Shown piece by piece: positions 1 to 13,308 of a stretch of 64,000 nt of DNA. The position numbers were made by a program, and so were the translations under genes. Where the stretch lies: NCBI GenBank assembly GCA_025786725.1, contig JAHLTZ010000032.1, forward strand, positions 62,001 through 126,000. The letters run 5' to 3'. This DNA comes from Syncephalis fuscata S228. Lineage: Eukaryota; Fungi; Zoopagomycota. Below the pieces are notes generated by a model, which worked only from the letters and a program-made list of their open reading frames with translations, was not told the origin of the DNA and ran no database searches. The stretch's first letter is position 1; every line of letters begins with the position of its first letter.

Positions 1-364
1 TTGCCACTGTCGTGACCTATCCATATATTATGGCCAAGGTACGTATGCAATGGAAGCCGTCACGAGAAGAACGCGCTACTGGTCGGGCAGTGCGCTATCG
101 CAGTGCCATCCATGTATTAAAGAAAATCTACGCAACGGATGGACTTCGCGGCTGGTACAATGTGAGTCAATTGCTATATTTGCTCATATTACCAAATAAC
201 TAATAATAATAATAATAATAATGCTTATTGATAAATGATAGGGAATGCAAGCGCAAATTAGCAAGGCTGTATTATCCCAAGCGTTGATGATGATGATTAA
301 GGAGAAGCTAACACTGTATACCATACTTCTTTTTGCGCTATTTCGACGTGGTAACACGGCATAA
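1..364 (+). CDS. 3' end of mitochondrial-carrier-family protein, peroxisomal adenine nucleotide transporter (ANT1/PMP47-like), partial
   Basis: ATVVTYPYIMAKVRMQ carrier signature; intron 162-241 (gtgagt...ag); last exon GMQAQISKAVLSQALMMMIKEKL...NTA*. Confidence 0.75.
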
Positions 365-516
365 ATATCTTGATGAATATAATAAATGTCTTGTAGACTG
401 CAAATCTATTGATAAAAGTGTTTTTATTTTACAAAAGCTAATATTGCTGTTATTATTATTTCAAAGTGCGCATTTTTTCCATTCGTTTGGTAGCATTGTT
501 TGTTGCAACAGTAATC

Positions 517-1918
517 ATGTCTTCTGACGACGCTTTACCGAAATCACCGGCTCAGAATGCTTCGCCTACGTCAGAAGAAGGCACTAGTCCGCTGTAAGTA
601 GACGACCTGAATTATCAGGTGCAATACTGACTGACATTCAGTTTAGATGTAGTTAATGTACTGCAGCAAAGCGTTGTTGGCGTGCAAAGCTCATTCTCGC
701 AAGTTTATTCGGTAGAGTGGAAGACAAGTTCAAGACGGCCTTTTAGAATATACTAATATTGGCATGGTTGATTCATTGTATAGACACTTGCTATGAGTTT
801 GAAACAAAGCGCTGAGATGGCTCAGTCAATGAATTCTGTAATGGAGCAGTTTATGCAATCTAACTTGAAAATACGCAAGTAAATCAAATACAATAGTATA
901 CAGAGTAGTTGGCAATGGGCTTACTGCTAGTAATATAGATACCAATGTACTGCCTAGGAAACAAGAAATGCATGGGGCACGACTAGTTATAACCATTGTT
1001 AATACAGGCACATTTCCTATTCCAAATCTTTCGCTTTCTTTAAAATTTAAACGTCGTGGTGAAAGTGAGGTAAATAGCGGTAAATAGGCTATTATGGTGA
1101 TTAATTAAACGTGTTGTGCTTTAGTTATTGGATTCTATTGTCGTATCACGTCCAACAATCGATCAAGATTCATCATAGTAGGTATATGTTGTGTTGCTTG
1201 GTTCATTTGATTGATAGATGTAACTATTTAGTAAACCATTTATCTGTTTGGCTAATGAGCCGGTAGAGCCATTTACACTTGTACCGCAACAGAAATTGAC
1301 CGATACAGTTGAGTTGGTGCCTGATCACCTATATCAAGTAGGCAGTAATTTGTTGAGTGATTCCTACATATTGATGTGTGTGTGTATTTATAGCTTAACG
1401 GTATTATCACGGCAACTTTTCCATCTCCAGGTAGTGGTCGTATACTTGAAGTGCAACAAATAACGGGCGTATATCTAGTAGATCAGGTAAATTGAAAAGT
1501 GAATGTAGTTTATTTCTAATTAGACATTAGATGCAAACACGATATCCATTTAATCAAGTAGAAGTAGATTCTAATGCACATGAGGAGCATAGTCGAGATG
1601 TGACACTGCCACTAGAAACATTGCGCAGTCTATTAAATATTCGGCCTTGTGATGGCATTGATAAACAGACCAAGTTTGCATTTACAGTAAGTAGCATGTT
1701 ATTGATTGATGACAATATATTAATCTCTGTAGACAACATTTAATACCAATAATAACATTGGTATTTGTGGACAAGTGGAGGAAATTACAACTGACGGCTA
1801 CAAAGCCAAGTGTAAATTGGCATGGATGATGAATGAAACGGCCACTAGCAATGAATTTGAGCTTATTGATCGAATCGTTGAAGAGTTTGATATGATTCGC
1901 AATAGCCGACATTTATAA
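517..1918 (+). CDS. multi-exon hypothetical protein
   Basis: ATG at 517 (MSSDDALPKSP); successive short exons bounded by gt/ag (TLAMSLKQSAEMAQ, GARLVITIVNTGTFPIPNLSL, EPFTLVPQQKLTDTVEL, TRYPFNQVEV); ends FDMIRNSRHL*. Exon structure approximate. Confidence 0.55.
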
Positions 1919-2021
1919 AAATAAACTGATAACAATTACAAATACTATATTTATTGTAAAAGTTGTCGAATGTCAGATTTACTTTTATTCTGCCATTTCT
2001 GTCGTGTTGTTTGCACCTTAT

Positions 2022-2694
2022 TTAGGCGCTTTTTTTGTTCGAAAACACCGACTTTATCGTATCGGCAATAGCCTGTTTGGAGGCACGTCCTGGCTCGATA
2101 CGTATAGCGCGCATCACTCGGCCCATATCTTTAACGGTCGTTGCGTCGACCTCATCAACCGCGCGTTTTACTTCCGTTTCAATTTCCTGTGGTGTTAGTT
2201 GGGCGGGTAAATAGCCTACAAGCATGGTGATTTCTTCCTGTTCTTTCAAAGCCAAATCATCACGATTTGCCGATTTATAAGCGTCGATAGACTCTTGGCG
2301 TTTTTTAATAGATCGTTGTAAGGTGATAATTACACCTGTATCACTAAGTGCTGCTGTGGCTGTTTCATCGTTCGTAGCGTTCTTTTCAGCATAGGTTACC
2401 TCAGTGATAACTGATTTTAACACTGCAACTCGTGGTTTATCTTTAGCACGCATCGCTTGCTTCATATCGTTGCGGATCGTTGCCAATAGACCAGCATTAT
2501 TTGACTGCTGATTTTCTAGCTAGTCTATGAGATTGACAGTAAAAATCATATTATCTCTCGTTCTCACCTTGATGGCAGATAAAGGTCGTTGATAAGCAAC
2601 GTGTTGTGTTTGTTGTTATAGCATTAATATGCTCAGCTGAACGATAAAGCGTCGATGGACGCATAAACAACGCACGACAAATAGTACGATTCAT
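2022..2694 (-). CDS. AIM41: mitochondrial GatB/YqeY-domain protein (AIM41-like)
   Basis: IRNDMKQAMRAKDK...IKKRQESIDAYKSANRDDLALKEQEEI...YLP...KDMGRVM is YqeY; Arg/Ser/Thr-rich presequence exon starting 2694; one intron. Confidence 0.85.
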
Positions 2695-3889
2695 GATAAA
2701 TATAAAATAATGGGTGAAATCGGAAGAAAATAAAAAATGCGTCACAACTGTAATTGGTTTTATTAACATACTAAATACCATTTATAGTTCTACTATTTTA
2801 TGGTATAATAAAATTGATATTGATTTATTTAAATAATAAAGCGATGAACAATAAACAAGCGAACATTATGCAAACTAGTAACAGCATTGTATACTGATAC
2901 TAATGTGATATTATACTGGCTGAATCATGATAATAGTTTTCGTAATGCTTATGGTATACTTGCAAATATATAGAATTGACTACTTACAAACATGTATAAT
3001 TGCAAGGCTTATATATTGCATTTTGTTTGAATTACAATACTGCTCCAAGCGCATTGGCATATACCACTAGTTTATGTTTATGAATACAATGTTTATAAAT
3101 TGGCTATAAAAACAAATTGTATAATAATCTAGCCTATATACAGAATATTTTTTAATAAATATACACTATTGAGTTTAATGAATAAGTAGCAACATAATGA
3201 TAGAGGCACTAAACATATGCCAAAATGATAAAGCGCTGATTTGTGGACCCGAATAAATAAAATAAAATGATTTGTATGTTTAATCATTATAGTCAACAGT
3301 TTTACATAGTTGAATTAAACATTTATTTTATTAAACGTGAAGCTAAGTAATAAGTAATATGGATCAGCAAATTATTATAGCTTATTGTAAATCTACTATA
3401 ACATATATCTCCTTGTTGTAGATTGACTATGTTTCTATTCAAACTGCTGTTTGTTCGTCGCTAGCTCTATTATTTGTACAACTCGACCAATCATTTGCTT
3501 GCCATATGGTTTCTTAATATGGCAATCGGTGTTTATACACATGTGCGCTGATTCGCCAATGAAGCCAGCTCAATACCCATCAGAATTAGTACACTCGTAC
3601 TATTATCCCCTGTAGGCCTTCAATGGATAACGAGTCCATGTGCGTGTCTGCAACTATTGCAGTTCCTACTTAACGGCCAGCCAATGCTATTGATGTATTC
3701 TATGGACCACCACAGCAGCAGCTTCCTATATTAATGTGGCCTTGGCCACTTCCCATCTCATTCTAACACTACTCTACTCTTTCTCCTACCGTGTTGTTAC
3801 TTGTCCGTCAGTTCTCCATAGTCTGAACTTTTCGGCCACCTCCCCTATAAACACTTTATCAATATCTTTTCTTATACTTTCTAGTCAAT

Positions 3890-5251
3890 ATGCGTGAATG
3901 TATCTCCCTCCACGTTGGTCAAGCCGGTGTCCAGATCGGTAATGCCTGCTGGGAGTTGTACTGCTTGGAGCACGGTATTGCTCCTAATGGTGAGCGCAGC
4001 GATGTAGACAGCACCGTTGGCTCCCACAACGACAAGTCGTTCAGCACTTTCTTCAGCGAGACCGGCGCTGGCAAGTATGTGCCACGCTCTGTCATGATTG
4101 ACTTGGAACCAGCTGTCGTCGACGAGATCCGTACCGGCAGTTACCGCCAGCTCTTCCATCCAGAGCAATTGATCAGTGGCAAGGAAGATGCCGCTAACAA
4201 CTACGCTCGTGGTCACTACACCATCGGCAAAGAGTTGGTCGAGTCGGTCGTTGACCGCATTCGCAAGCTTGCTGACAACTGCTCTGGTCTTCAAGGCTTC
4301 TTGCTCTTCCACTCGTTCGGTGGTGGTACCGGTTCCGGTTTGGGCGCTCTTTTGATGGAACGTCTTAGCAAGGACTATGGCAAGAAGACCAAGCTTGAAT
4401 TCGCCGTCTACCCAGCTCCAGAGATGTCGACTGCCGTTGTTGAGCCATATAACTCAATTCTTACCACCCACACCACATTGGAACACGTTGACTGCTCCTT
4501 CATGGTCGATAACGAGGCCATCTACAATCTATGCAAGACCAACTTGCACGTTGAGCGCCCAACCTACGTCAACTTGAATCGCTTGATTGCTCAAGTTGTG
4601 TCATCAGTCACTGCTTCCCTTCGTTTCGACGGTTCGCTCAACGTCGATTTGAACGAATTCCAGACTAACTTGGTGCCATACCCACGTATCCATTTCCCAT
4701 TGGCTACCTACGCTCCAATTATCTCTGCTGACCGTGTCAACCACGAACAATCCAACGTTCAAGACATTACTTTGGCTTGTTTCGAGAACAAGAACCAGAT
4801 GGTCAAATGTAACCCAGACAAGGGCAAGTACATGGCCTGCTGTCTATTGTACCGTGGTGATGTTGTGCCCAAGGATGCCACCGCCGCCATCGTCAAGGTC
4901 AAGGGATTGTCCACTGTCCAGCTGGTCGACTGGTGCCCAACCGGTTTCAAGGTCGGTATCAACTACCAGAAGCCAACTGTCATCCCAAGCGGTGACTTGG
5001 CTCCAGTTGACCGTGCCGTCTGTATGTTGGCCAACACCACCGCCATTGGTGAAGCCTGGCAACGTTTGGACCACAAGTTCGACTTGATGTATGCCAAGCG
5101 TGCCTTCGTCCACTGGTATGTCGGTGAAGGTATGGAAGAAGGTGAATTCAGCGAAGCTCGTGAAGATTTGGCTGCTTTGGAGAAGGATTACGAGGAAGTT
5201 GCTCTCGAGAGCGCTCCCGATGATGATGAGCCTTTGGATGAGGAATACTAA
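3890..5251 (+). CDS. TUB1: alpha-tubulin (intronless)
   Basis: MRECIS start, GGGTGSG motif, C-terminal EEY; 453 aa uninterrupted ORF. Confidence 0.98.
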   Translation: MRECISLHVGQAGVQIGNACWELYCLEHGIAPNGERSDVDSTVGSHNDKSFSTFFSETGAGKYVPRSVMIDLEPAVVDEIRTGSYRQLFHPEQLISGKEDAANNYARGHYTIGKELVESVVDRIRKLADNCSGLQGFLLFHSFGGGTGSGLGALLMERLSKDYGKKTKLEFAVYPAPEMSTAVVEPYNSILTTHTTLEHVDCSFMVDNEAIYNLCKTNLHVERPTYVNLNRLIAQVVSSVTASLRFDGSLNVDLNEFQTNLVPYPRIHFPLATYAPIISADRVNHEQSNVQDITLACFENKNQMVKCNPDKGKYMACCLLYRGDVVPKDATAAIVKVKGLSTVQLVDWCPTGFKVGINYQKPTVIPSGDLAPVDRAVCMLANTTAIGEAWQRLDHKFDLMYAKRAFVHWYVGEGMEEGEFSEAREDLAALEKDYEEVALESAPDDDEPLDEEY

Positions 5252-5499
5252 ACGGATTATGTGTGTATAGACGTGTATTCGCCTATATTATACAAGTCTT
5301 AGTACTAATAAACGGTTGCTACTGCTTTTACAAATTAATTACCAACGTTTAAATACTTGTAAATGATTAATTAACATTTAATTTATTTACAATGCTATAA
5401 TTCTGTGAATAATCGTTCAATTGCTGTTTTATTGTCAATATTTATTGTGATTTAAGAATAGATACAGACTAAATTATATAGCTAACTATTTCATTTTAT

Positions 5500-7318
5500 T
5501 CAAAGCAACTCCAAGATGGTCTGAGCTATACTGGGTTGCATAATGAATTGGGCGTGAATTGCTTTTGGTAGTATTGAATATGAAATGTTGTTATCTTTCA
5601 GATAGCTGGACAACTTGTACGAATTAATAATACCATCATGTTCAGCAAGAATAACATGCGAATCTTTGCGTAAATTTTGTGGTAATAAGATGTTTTCATA
5701 CCTAATTTTGTATATCAATCACAATAGTTTATAATAAAGTTTAGCAAATAGTTTGTATCATAACATTAATTATTTACCACCAGAAATGACGACTTAAAGT
5801 CAGTGCTATGCCGTGTTCGCTACTTATGACGCAGCGCAGTAGCTGTAATAGCCAGTCGGACGGCGATCGGTACAGTGCATTGTGTATAAGTTCAGGCTCC
5901 CATAGCTGGAAGCAAACGGGATCTATAAGTATGGTGCGTTGTAAATAGCGATGCGAATCATCAAGATTCGACATCCACGCACAAACAATTGTACCAAACG
6001 AGTGGCCCATCCAAATGGCCGGCGGCAATTGATGTTGATCAAAAATGCGACATACAGTTTGAACAATTTGCAGTCGACTTGGTATGGAAAGACGAGGCCA
6101 GCGATAGGTCAAATGGTCTAGATGCAATAGAACTAAAGGACGGTCACGGCCGTGACGGCGACAAAGTTGCCAAAAGAATCTCAAATAAGGTGTCAAGCCT
6201 ACATTCGATGTAAGCGATTATAGTTGTTGTATTACTATCTGCTATAAAGTTACCTAAAGATAGACCATGAACAAATACAATGGGCGTAGTTTGTTGTGAC
6301 AGTGATTCATCGCCTGGATTACGATACCAATAAATAAGATGATCAGTTTTTTCTTTACGAAATCCCAATGCTTTTAGGCATAGCGTAGTAAACCATTGAC
6401 CAATATGAATAAGCTAATAACAATAGCAATAGGAATGATAAAGTAATAATTGTAATTGTAATATTAAAGGTAGATTAGCTTTAGTTTATACTAATTTACT
6501 AGACAACTTACCACATAGACCATTAATGGTCGAGGAAATATGCGCACTGGATCAAATGTTAATCTCATGCATTTTACATCATTTGCCCGACCTATTTCAG
6601 TGGCAAATGGCACATCCTCCTGTATATCGTCAAGCATTTTGTGCAGCTCGGTTGTTTCACCTGCCGATAGTGAGTCAGGCTCTTGGTTATAAAAGGCCCA
6701 AGCTAGCCACTCGAGTGCGTTATCACGTCGCACCTGATGTAGCTGACTATTAAGAAACCAGCCCTGCACCAGAGTTTCCCCATTGTTCTTTGCGTATGAT
6801 CGTGTATGATTGAACAATTGATGACGATACGTCGGTGAAAAAAATGGCGCCTCTATTTCAGGCCGAGTCATTTGACTACGGCGGATTAATAAGTATTGAT
6901 AGGCGTAGAAAAGAAGTTCAAGATTAAACCAACTCCATAATAGTAGAAATGAAAGGCGACGTGTTGGATAATCGGCCGTGTTTTGCGCACGAATGTCATC
7001 GGTTATCCATTGCCATGTAAATAGCAAAGCAAAACCAATAATAATTAGATTTAGGCCATAGATTGTATACATCAATCCGGTGACTAGACTATACGCAAAT
7101 CCTTCTTGCCACAACCACTTGATCGTTAAAAGTAACGAGGTATGCCAAGAAGGCCATGATTGCTGTGATGATTGCTGGTTTATCGGCAATGCCTCCTTTG
7201 GCAATGTTGGAGACGATGACAGTGGCGTCTCATAAGTTTTAACTAGTTTGTCTAAAATACTAGCTTGATCCATCGTAGTTTGTACATCCTGGGGAAGGGT
7301 GCTTGTTTCGGCTGACAT
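5500..7318 (-). CDS. membrane-anchored alpha/beta-hydrolase fold protein
   Basis: N-terminal TM segments, PIVFVHG, GHSFG nucleophile elbow, LIDPVCF; introns and one apparent frameshift near 6200. Confidence 0.8.
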
Positions 7319-7767
7319 GATTATAAAATAGTGTATGATATGTAGTAATAAGCAAAGAAAAGAAGTGGCGATTGTGTTTGTCACCTTGTATTTTTAGGGA
7401 TTTTATATCATTGACTGCTATGCCCCCCAATATAAACGAAGCAAGAATTGTGCTGCAGTTAAAGATTTAGGCACGTGCTCATACATACCTCCTATTACAC
7501 ACCATATTAATCGTAATGAAGTCAAAAGTGATTATAATGCAGAACAGCATTTGAATTCACATATTTATAATATTATTAATGATTTCTAATTCCAACATTA
7601 CTTCATTGTTACTTAAAATAAAAAATCAATTTAAACACCTGAATAGACACAATGGATTGCAGAATGTTAGAACAAAAAGTATTGCTTTAAATAAAGTACA
7701 TCGTTTATTATTTGGTCAGAATTATTGATTAATATATATTATAACCGTAAAGAAGAAAAGTGACGTA

Positions 7768-8342
7768 CAATTTGCTGCATCAATGGTCGACAAATAAACT
7801 GTGCCTACCAAGTTGATACCAAGAATGCTCAAGACAATGGTGAACATCAGAAACGCTAGTCGCCCTACCTTTTGTCGCCATAGATGAGTATCTTGCATTG
7901 CAAATCTGCCCAAATGCAACAGTAGAAGATTGGAAGATAGAAAAGACCATTCAGACGCAAGGAAACCACGCTGTACGTAGTAGCAACAGTAATGAATGTG
8001 GAACGATATGAAATCGCGATCAATGGCTTCTAGTAATATTCAAGCAATCTTTCTACACATAGCCAGCAGCAATAATGATAGGCCTTAAATGTTTCAAAGA
8101 AATTAAATAGTATGTTGCATTCTTTATTTAAATGCTTAAAATTATTATTGATACAATGTTCTGTTACATATAATCAATTTTATTTTATGGAAATAATAAT
8201 GTTATTATATTACATTAATATTTATTGTAATATCTCATTTAAACACAGTTTAATCCAATCAACTCGTCAACTATTTAAATCGTTACAATTGCTTGCGCAA
8301 AAAAATTTGCAGCCCATGAGGGAATTAAGGTAAATATCAATC
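7768..8342 (+). mobile_element. 5'-truncated non-autonomous Fanzor-derived element (copy 1, type-B 3' end)
   Basis: Decayed translation FAASM..K*TVPTK...VAIDEYLALQICP.CNS...ECGTI*NRD.MASSNIQAIFLH..NNDRP; homologous to 23040-23365 (-) and to the 3' tails at 48620-48835 and 34501-34645. Confidence 0.8.
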
Positions 8343-8670
8343 AGTCATGACATCATACTACCTAATAAATAAATGCATAATTATAAGATGTGATGGTTAT
8401 ATTAATGAGATAGATAAAGACAGTATTATTAAAAGCTCATAGATACAAAAAAAACAATTGCAATTGATAAGCATAACAAAAACATTTTGTAGTAATTTTG
8501 TTTTATTTTTAATAATAATAATAATGACTAATCGAATGATAAATGTATTTAAATATGGCAATAGTAGCTCATTTCGATAATTCAGTATTAGAGAATCATT
8601 AATGATTGATCGGATAAAACAATGAGTGGCTCTTTCCCCTTTACTTCTATATCACAATATTCATTATAAT

Positions 8671-10587
8671 TTATTCCTGCATAACCATTGCTTCCGATGG
8701 GTTGCTTCCGCGCCATCGTTTACCAATAGCCCCTTGCGATAATGATGTGGATGTGCCGGAGGAGTGGTCGGAATTCTTGCCATCTAATTTACCGGCTGAT
8801 ACCAAATTAAAGGCTTGTTCAAAGTAGTGGTTGGGATGTGTAATTGTTTCTACCGAGCCGGCAGTAGCAGCTATTCTGCCTTGTTGTCGCGCACGTGCTA
8901 ACTGAGTAATCTCAAACAGTTTGGTGCATGCCACTTGGTAATGTCCGCCAGTAACCAATTGAATCATTTCCTGTATTTCAGTCTCATCCACTCCAGTAGA
9001 TAAGAGTTCACGTCGTAGATTGTCGGTGAAAAGTGTCTAAATGGACATCCGTGATGGTCCCCTGTTCCTGGCTGGCTACCGGTAATAATACGAGCACAGC
9101 TATAAGGTGTGTAATCTGCTCGTTTGCCTTCCATGCCATAATTGTGTCGAATGTTATAGACATATTTCTTTTGGAATTCATCGTCTGTTGCTTTGTAGAA
9201 TGATCGGCGCCAATACACAATGCTTTCTTCCATTGGTAGGCCAATGCCCTGGATTTACAGGATTAAGTTTACTGTTGCATGCTTTAATTGCTGGCATTTA
9301 CCTTTAAAAATAGACCAAATTGCATACGACCGCCATGTTTCATATGGCCATCTGTGCGCAATAAATTATTCAAATGGCTCATACACAATGGGAATAATGC
9401 TGATAATGGTTCAACGTCGTCAGCAGTGATCTTGCCGGCTACAGCACCTGTGGTGTATTCTTTGCCGGTATTCTGTCGACTGATATTTAATAAACGGGTA
9501 ACAACCGTTCATCTTCATCCATACGTGGTAAAGCTTTGGCACACATCTAAAACAATGATATGTAAATGTATACAAATGATGTTTACCAAGTAACTATTTA
9601 CCTCCAGCGATGCTGTCAGTCTACGTTTAAACTCGCTAATCACTAGTGCTATTTGCTCCATGGCTGGGACGTAAGCATAGCCGTTACGTAAATAGACACG
9701 GCGTTGCTGCACTAGATCCAACGCATCTTCAAAATTGACCTATCGATTACAGCATGGCGTTGTTTATTAGTCTATCGGCTATATCTGATCACAAACTTAC
9801 TTCAAGAAATACTTCGCTGTCAAAATTAAAGTTGGGGATATGTGTGTAGGAGGCGATTAATTCAGCTTTCATTGCATCCTTTTCATCTTTACTAAGCTGT
9901 TCAACTCGATATCAGAACGTTGTTATCATAGAATATGTACTGCTTACCTGCTTATGGCCTAGATTTAGGCCTGATAAAAATCGTTGCTTTTCCGTAGAAT
10001 CCGCCGCGCCAAACGGTGTCTAGACAGCCAATTGTGTTAGAGAATGGCAAATGACTAGTAATTCGTCAGTATGAATACTTACTTAAATAACGCACATTCA
10101 TATCGAATAAACCAGTTACGTAAATCTTCGCTAAACAATACGCTATCAAAATGCTTTACTAGACAATAGACGATCTACTTACGTTCGGCAATAAGCAAGT
10201 CGAAGAATAAAATGTGAGATATGGTCTTTGCGACGCTCATCGTGCCGAATGGCCATAGAACCAGCGGAAACAGAGAGACACATACGCTCGCGACAAACAG
10301 CCTCAACCTGCTTGAACACCTCGGCATCATCGCGGCTGCGTAGCTGTGCAGCCTCTATTGCCTTTAACACTACTTAGCTGTTAGTCTAATAACGAATCTG
10401 TAGTAATAAATACTGTACCTTGCAAACGATCCAAAGCGAATTGTTCGAATTCCTCAATGCTAATTTCAAGCATTGGCGCCTTTTGATAAAAATTCAAGCG
10501 CGTTGGATAGTCTGAATCTATTGCAACCTCGCCATGGCTCGATAGCCCTCGCGGCCCACGCTGCTTGCTGTTTTTATTTAAAAACAT
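8671..10587 (-). CDS. PRI2: DNA primase large subunit
   Basis: [83 protein letters not shown]; several introns; frameshift near 9025. Confidence 0.95.
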
Positions 10588-11479
10588 TATTGTATGTGCA
10601 AGGGAAACATGGGCTAATAAAAACACGAATAAAAAAATAGGTAAAAATTGTTTTTGGACAATTTATTAGCAACTTAACGCGACTGGTGTTACATGACGAC
10701 ATTTAATAACATTTGCTCTATTGAACGTAGATGTACACAGAATAACGATAATGATAATAAATATACGATACTGAATTAATGGCTAATGATTGATGCCACT
10801 TACCGCCTAGTTTCATGTTTAAATGTGGATAAACGGTACATTTATTAGAACTTGACATGAGAGTAAACTAAATGGCAGCTGTCAAATGGTCTTGGTTTTT
10901 CTAAATGTATACTTAAAACGTATTGAACTAGCAGACTAGTTGCACTGCAAGCGCTAATGTCTTGGAAACACCGGATAGTAGTAGTTGTCGCCATTAATAT
11001 CATACTCTTAAAAAATATTTGCAGGAGTAAAGGGATGACTAAGAGAACGATGGATCAGAGTTGACATAGCCTCTACTATTCCTAGACTATCACAGAGCCT
11101 GCAGGGATGGTGCAAATGACGACAATGAAAAGCTTTATTGCGCTATTAATTTGTTAAACAAACAGCTCAAATAAAAAATAGAGCAAATAGTAATGTGTAT
11201 TTGATAAAAAATATAGCTCCACAAAGAAGATGCTATAGCGTGTAAAATAAATAAATTAATGTATAACATAAAATAAAGAAATTACAATTTGAGATGAAAT
11301 ACACTAGTTTACTAACTGAATTGCGAATGAAAGAAATATACCGCAATTAAGTTGGTCGTTTAATTTAGGCCATTCAGCACCAATGGCGAAAAGGGTAATT
11401 TTTGTTTAAACAGTATTACAGCCAATGCTGTAGCCTCTGCTTAGACCAAAGGCAGACTCTTTCTTTTACAACTATATCG

Positions 11480-12562
11480 ATGCATTTTCATATTCTCGGT
11501 GCGGGAGCCGTCGGGCTTTGGACGGGCTATCATTTACGCCGTCATGGCCATCGGGTCACATTATTGCTGCGTAGCGATGAAGCTGTGGCTAAATTTCGAC
11601 AGCACAATTTTATTCGCCTTGTTGCGAAGTATGATGGTAGTAATCGTATAGGCGAAGTAATGGGGATTGAAGCTAAAACAGCCACTCACATACACGTGCC
11701 TATAAAGCGATTACTGATAACGACTAAGGCATACCAGACACGCGATGCGTTTGCCAGTGTTTATCCTTGGTTAACAAAACATAGTAATGTTATTTTGTTG
11801 CAGAATGGGATGGGTGTACGAGAGCAGCTTTTAGAACAGTATTATAATCCAACTGCTTCAACGAGTGTAACGGCTGGGTCAGCTGAGCGTCTGAATATGG
11901 AGATGCCACGTTTTGCTCATGGTGTTACATCTATCGGTTGCATGTGTACTGGAATAAATCAAGTAGATTATACAGGTACTGGACAATTTTGTTTTGGGCC
12001 AGCGGTTGATTTTGAAACAGAGCCAAATGATGACGAACTTTACGCTACGCTGTTGGCACTCCATAAGCTGCAATCGGATTCAGCCTACCCAGTACCAATG
12101 GACGCAGCAACCATTCATACCCACATGCTCACAAAACTCACTGTCAATGCTTGTATTAATCCGGTAACGGCACTGCTTGGGTGTTCTAACGGAAAAATAC
12201 ACGAGCAAGTTTGGGGCAAGGACATGTTTACGTCCATCTGCCATGAAATAGCGGGGCTGTTACAGAAGGTGACGGCAGAGCCTCGCTCCAATACACCGTT
12301 TAACTTTCCACCGTTCAATGCAACACAACGCCAAATGTTTGATAGCGAGAAACTAATGCAAACAGTTTTTAAGATCTGCGAACAAACTGCTGGTAATCGA
12401 TCTTCAATGTTGGTTGACGTCGAGTCAGGCCGAAATACCGAAATTGATTTTATTAACGGCTATTTAGTTCGGCTAGGACAGGCATTTTCATGTGCAACTC
12501 CATTAAATAGCTTGCTTTGGCAATTAGTTCACGCGCGTACTTGTTTAGATATTAACAAATAA
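11480..12562 (+). CDS. PAN5: 2-dehydropantoate 2-reductase (ketopantoate reductase)
   Basis: HILGAGAVG Rossmann motif, TTKAY, LLQNGMG, KLTVNACINPVTA, NRSSMLVDV..GRNTEIDFINGY. Confidence 0.92.
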   Translation: MHFHILGAGAVGLWTGYHLRRHGHRVTLLLRSDEAVAKFRQHNFIRLVAKYDGSNRIGEVMGIEAKTATHIHVPIKRLLITTKAYQTRDAFASVYPWLTKHSNVILLQNGMGVREQLLEQYYNPTASTSVTAGSAERLNMEMPRFAHGVTSIGCMCTGINQVDYTGTGQFCFGPAVDFETEPNDDELYATLLALHKLQSDSAYPVPMDAATIHTHMLTKLTVNACINPVTALLGCSNGKIHEQVWGKDMFTSICHEIAGLLQKVTAEPRSNTPFNFPPFNATQRQMFDSEKLMQTVFKICEQTAGNRSSMLVDVESGRNTEIDFINGYLVRLGQAFSCATPLNSLLWQLVHARTCLDINK

Positions 12563-12848
12563 AATCCGCTCATTAACACGCAATAGGGTGTTTAATTAAG
12601 ATAAAACGTGTTTTATTAATTGGAATAATTGTACTCGTGTAATTCAGGCGAAATTACACCATAGGCGAGTGTTTAATATCGTAAACTAGAGTATACAATC
12701 TAGTATGCAGTTTGAAGTCCAGCTTTTGTTATAAATAGCGGTAGTTGCAATCTATTCATTTGTACCAACGTCAGCCAACATTCTAGCCTACAAGTAAATC
12801 ACTTTCTCACTAGTCATCTAACGATTTTCAGCACTTCAATTTTACATC

Positions 12849-13308
12849 ATGGTCACTTACGCCGCCACTATCGCCGCCGCCGTTTTGGCAATTACTGCTA
12901 TCGCCACACCACAAGTATCTGTAGAAGCTGCTGCTGCAGGCCCATCTCCTTGCGCTATCTTTGAACAGAATGCTCCTACAATCACTTTGTTCAAAGTTGC
13001 AAATCAATACGTTTGGTTAAGATCTGACTTCTGGGCACCATCCGCTGATGGCAAAAAGTGCACTCACAACGCAAATATCCACAAGCAGGAATACAAGCAA
13101 GGAAAAATGCCAACCGTGCCTGGTGTTAAGGCTACCGTAGAGTGCTGCTTAGAATTTTTCGGATGCATGCGCATGCCAGGTTCCTCCAGCGTAAGTTATT
13201 AGCAATCATGATTATTTCTAAATACTAATTAGAATTTATTTGTAGCCTAAGCCATGGGGACAGTTTACCATTGCAGACTACAAATGCAACGTTTACGAAA
13301 AATCATAG
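12849..13308 (+). CDS. small secreted cysteine-rich protein (6 Cys), candidate effector
   Basis: Hydrophobic signal peptide; intron 13192-13245; exon 2 PKPWGQFTIADYKCNVYEKS*; TATA-like tataaata about 120 bp upstream. Confidence 0.75.

Noticed and set aside
3881-5113. Long antisense ORFs over alpha-tubulin (likewise 26946-27680 over AAC)
   Set aside because: Shadow ORFs caused by strong codon bias in highly expressed genes.
7722-7919. Hydrophobic ORF duplicated at 23184-23387 as a membrane-protein family
   Set aside because: It is the antisense reading of the Fanzor remnant.
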